Shown here one piece after another: positions 21,029-22,467 of a stretch of 22,467 nt of DNA. The stretch is from Chiloscyllium plagiosum (Eukaryota). Under the pieces are notes generated by a model that was not told where the DNA came from, did no database searches, and worked only from the letters and a program-made list of their open reading frames with translations. The position numbers and the translations under genes were made by a program. The stretch's first letter is position 1, and each line of letters begins with the position of its first letter. The stretch lies in contig NC_057720.1 in assembly GCF_004010195.1 (NCBI RefSeq), positions 29,087,354-29,109,820 of the forward strand, given 5' to 3'.

Positions 21029-21072
21029 NNNNNNNNNNNNNNNNNNNNNNNNNNNNNNNNNNNNNNNNNNNN
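21029..21072. other. Assembly gap (44 N)
   Basis: Run of N in the sequence. Confidence 1.
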
Positions 21073-21614
21073 TTGCCCCTTAGGTCTCTTTTATATCTTT
21101 CCCCTCTCACCTTAAACCTATGTCCTCCAATTCTGGACTCCCCGACCCCAGGGAAAAGACTTTATCTATTTATCCTATCCATGCTCCTCATAATTTTGTA
21201 AACCTCTATAAGGTCACCTCTCAGCCTCCAACGATCCAGGGAAAACAGCCCAGCCTGTTCAGCCTCTCCCTGTAGCTCAAATCCTCCAACCCTGGCAACA
21301 TCCTTGTAAATCTTTTCTGAACCCTTTCAAGTTTCACACATCTTTCCGAAAGGAAGGAGACCAGAATTGCACGCAACATTCCAACAGTGGCCTAACCAAT
21401 GTCCTGTACAGTCACAACATGACCTCCCAACTCCTGTACTTAATACTCTGACCAATAAAGGAAAGCATACCAAACACCTTTTCACTATCCTATCTACCTG
21501 TGACTCCACTTTCAAGGACCTCCCATCTAAAACCTTCGTTCCCCCAGATCCTGTGTTTGCTTATCTTTCAGGTATTAACAATGGGTGATACTATTGACCA
21601 ATAATGTAACTAGA

Positions 21615-21717
21615 AGAAGTTTTCCTCCTCCCTCTACAACTGCCTGACCTGCTGTGCTTTTCCAGCACCACTCTAATCTAGACTCTGGTTTCCAGCATCT
21701 GCAGTCCTTGGTTTTCC
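21615..21717 (+). mobile_element. Short PLE terminal-repeat insertion with perfect 17-bp TSD
   Basis: CTGCCTGACCTGCTGTGCTTTTCCAGCA...TCCAGCATCTGCAGTCC flanked by CCAATAATGTAACTAGA at 21598-21614 and 21718-21734. Confidence 0.85.
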
Positions 21718-21739
21718 CCAATAATGTAACTAGACCACC

Positions 21740-21995
21740 CATAAAATACTGCATACAAGAAGATCAGAGACTGGAAATTTTATGGGTGAGAACTCTATCC
21801 TAAATCCCCAAAAACTGCCCACCATCTAAAAAGTAAAATGAAGAGTGTGATAGAATAGTGTCCACTTGTTTGGGTGAGTGCAACTCCAAGAAGCTCCTTA
21901 ACAAAGCAGCTCGCTTGATTGTCACCACCTTCAACATTTATTCCCTTTCTACACGTAACTCAGTAAACGATCTGCAAGATGTGCTGTGGCAACTG
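21740..21995 (+). mobile_element. Old LINE (CR1/L2-like) fragment
   Basis: Degenerate ACAAAGCAGCTCGCTTGATTG.CACC...CAACATT.A.TCCCT block, recognised as a shark LINE segment; unverified. Confidence 0.45.
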
Positions 21996-22043
21996 ATGGT
22001 AGACAAGCAGGAGGCTGGAAGAACACAGCAAGCCAGGCAGCAT
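21996..22043 (-). mobile_element. PLE terminal-repeat fragment
   Basis: GCTGGAAGAACACAGCAAGCCAGGCAGCAT is homologous to GCTGGAAAAGCGCAGCAGGTCAGGCAGCAT (20503-20532). Confidence 0.6.
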
Positions 22044-22045
22044 TA

Positions 22046-22467
22046 ATCGAAAGCTGATTGGAGGCAAATGATCACAGGTAAAGGGACGGCTGGAAAATGG
22101 GAAGCCTTCAGAAATGAGATAATGAGAATCCAGAGAAAGTATATTCCTGTCAGGGTGAAAGGGAAGGCTGGTAGGTGTAAGGAATGCTGGATGACTAAAG
22201 AAATTGAGGATTTGGTTAAGAAAAAGAAGGAAGCATATGTCAGGTATAGACAGGATAGATCGAGTGAATCCTTAGAAGAGTATAAAGAAAGTAGGAGTAA
22301 TACTTAAGAGGGAAATCAGGAGGGCAAAACGGGGACATGAGATAGCTTTGGCAAATAGAATTAAGGAGAATCCAAAGGGTTCTTACAAATATATTAAGGA
22401 CAAAAGGGTAACGAGGGAGAGAATAGGGTAACAAGGGAGAGAATAGGGCCCCTCAAAGATCAGCAAG
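22046..22467 (+). mobile_element. CR1-clade LINE ORF2 linker region, running off the right edge
   Basis: KWEAFRNEIMRIQRKYIPVRVKGK..WMTKEIEDLVKKKKEAY..ANRIKENPKG, homologous to 18700-19100. Confidence 0.9.

Larger units (their letters stand above)
20695..21517 (-). mobile_element. 5'-truncated CR1-clade LINE, same subfamily as 771-1963, interrupted by a PLE fragment and the N gap
   Basis: Reverse-complement match to 1295-1955 (WSELPEDVVEAGTIATFKRHL). Confidence 0.9.

Overview
Vertebrate genomic DNA. The HE1-type SINEs, CR1-type LINEs and Penelope repeats point to a cartilaginous fish (shark). The minus strand carries coding exons 1-9 of LRRC41 (MUF1; ATG at 19559, last exon beyond the left edge), with all GT-AG junctions in phase. 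Head-to-head with it, 342 bp away, is coding exon 1 of ATPAF1 (+ strand, ATG 19902). The introns are dense in retroelements: five HE1-type V-SINEs, several CR1-like LINE fragments, older SINE relics and Penelope-like elements (PLEs). The most interesting structure is a recurring PLE architecture: inverted (palindromic) insertions bounded by 13-17 bp target-site duplications, whose arms contain degenerate minimal hammerhead-ribozyme motifs. One is a 2.3-kb inverted element just upstream of LRRC41 exon 5, another a near-perfect 165-bp palindrome in ATPAF1 intron 1. A 44-N gap lies at 21029-21072. Gene and repeat names come from recalled homology, not from a database search.
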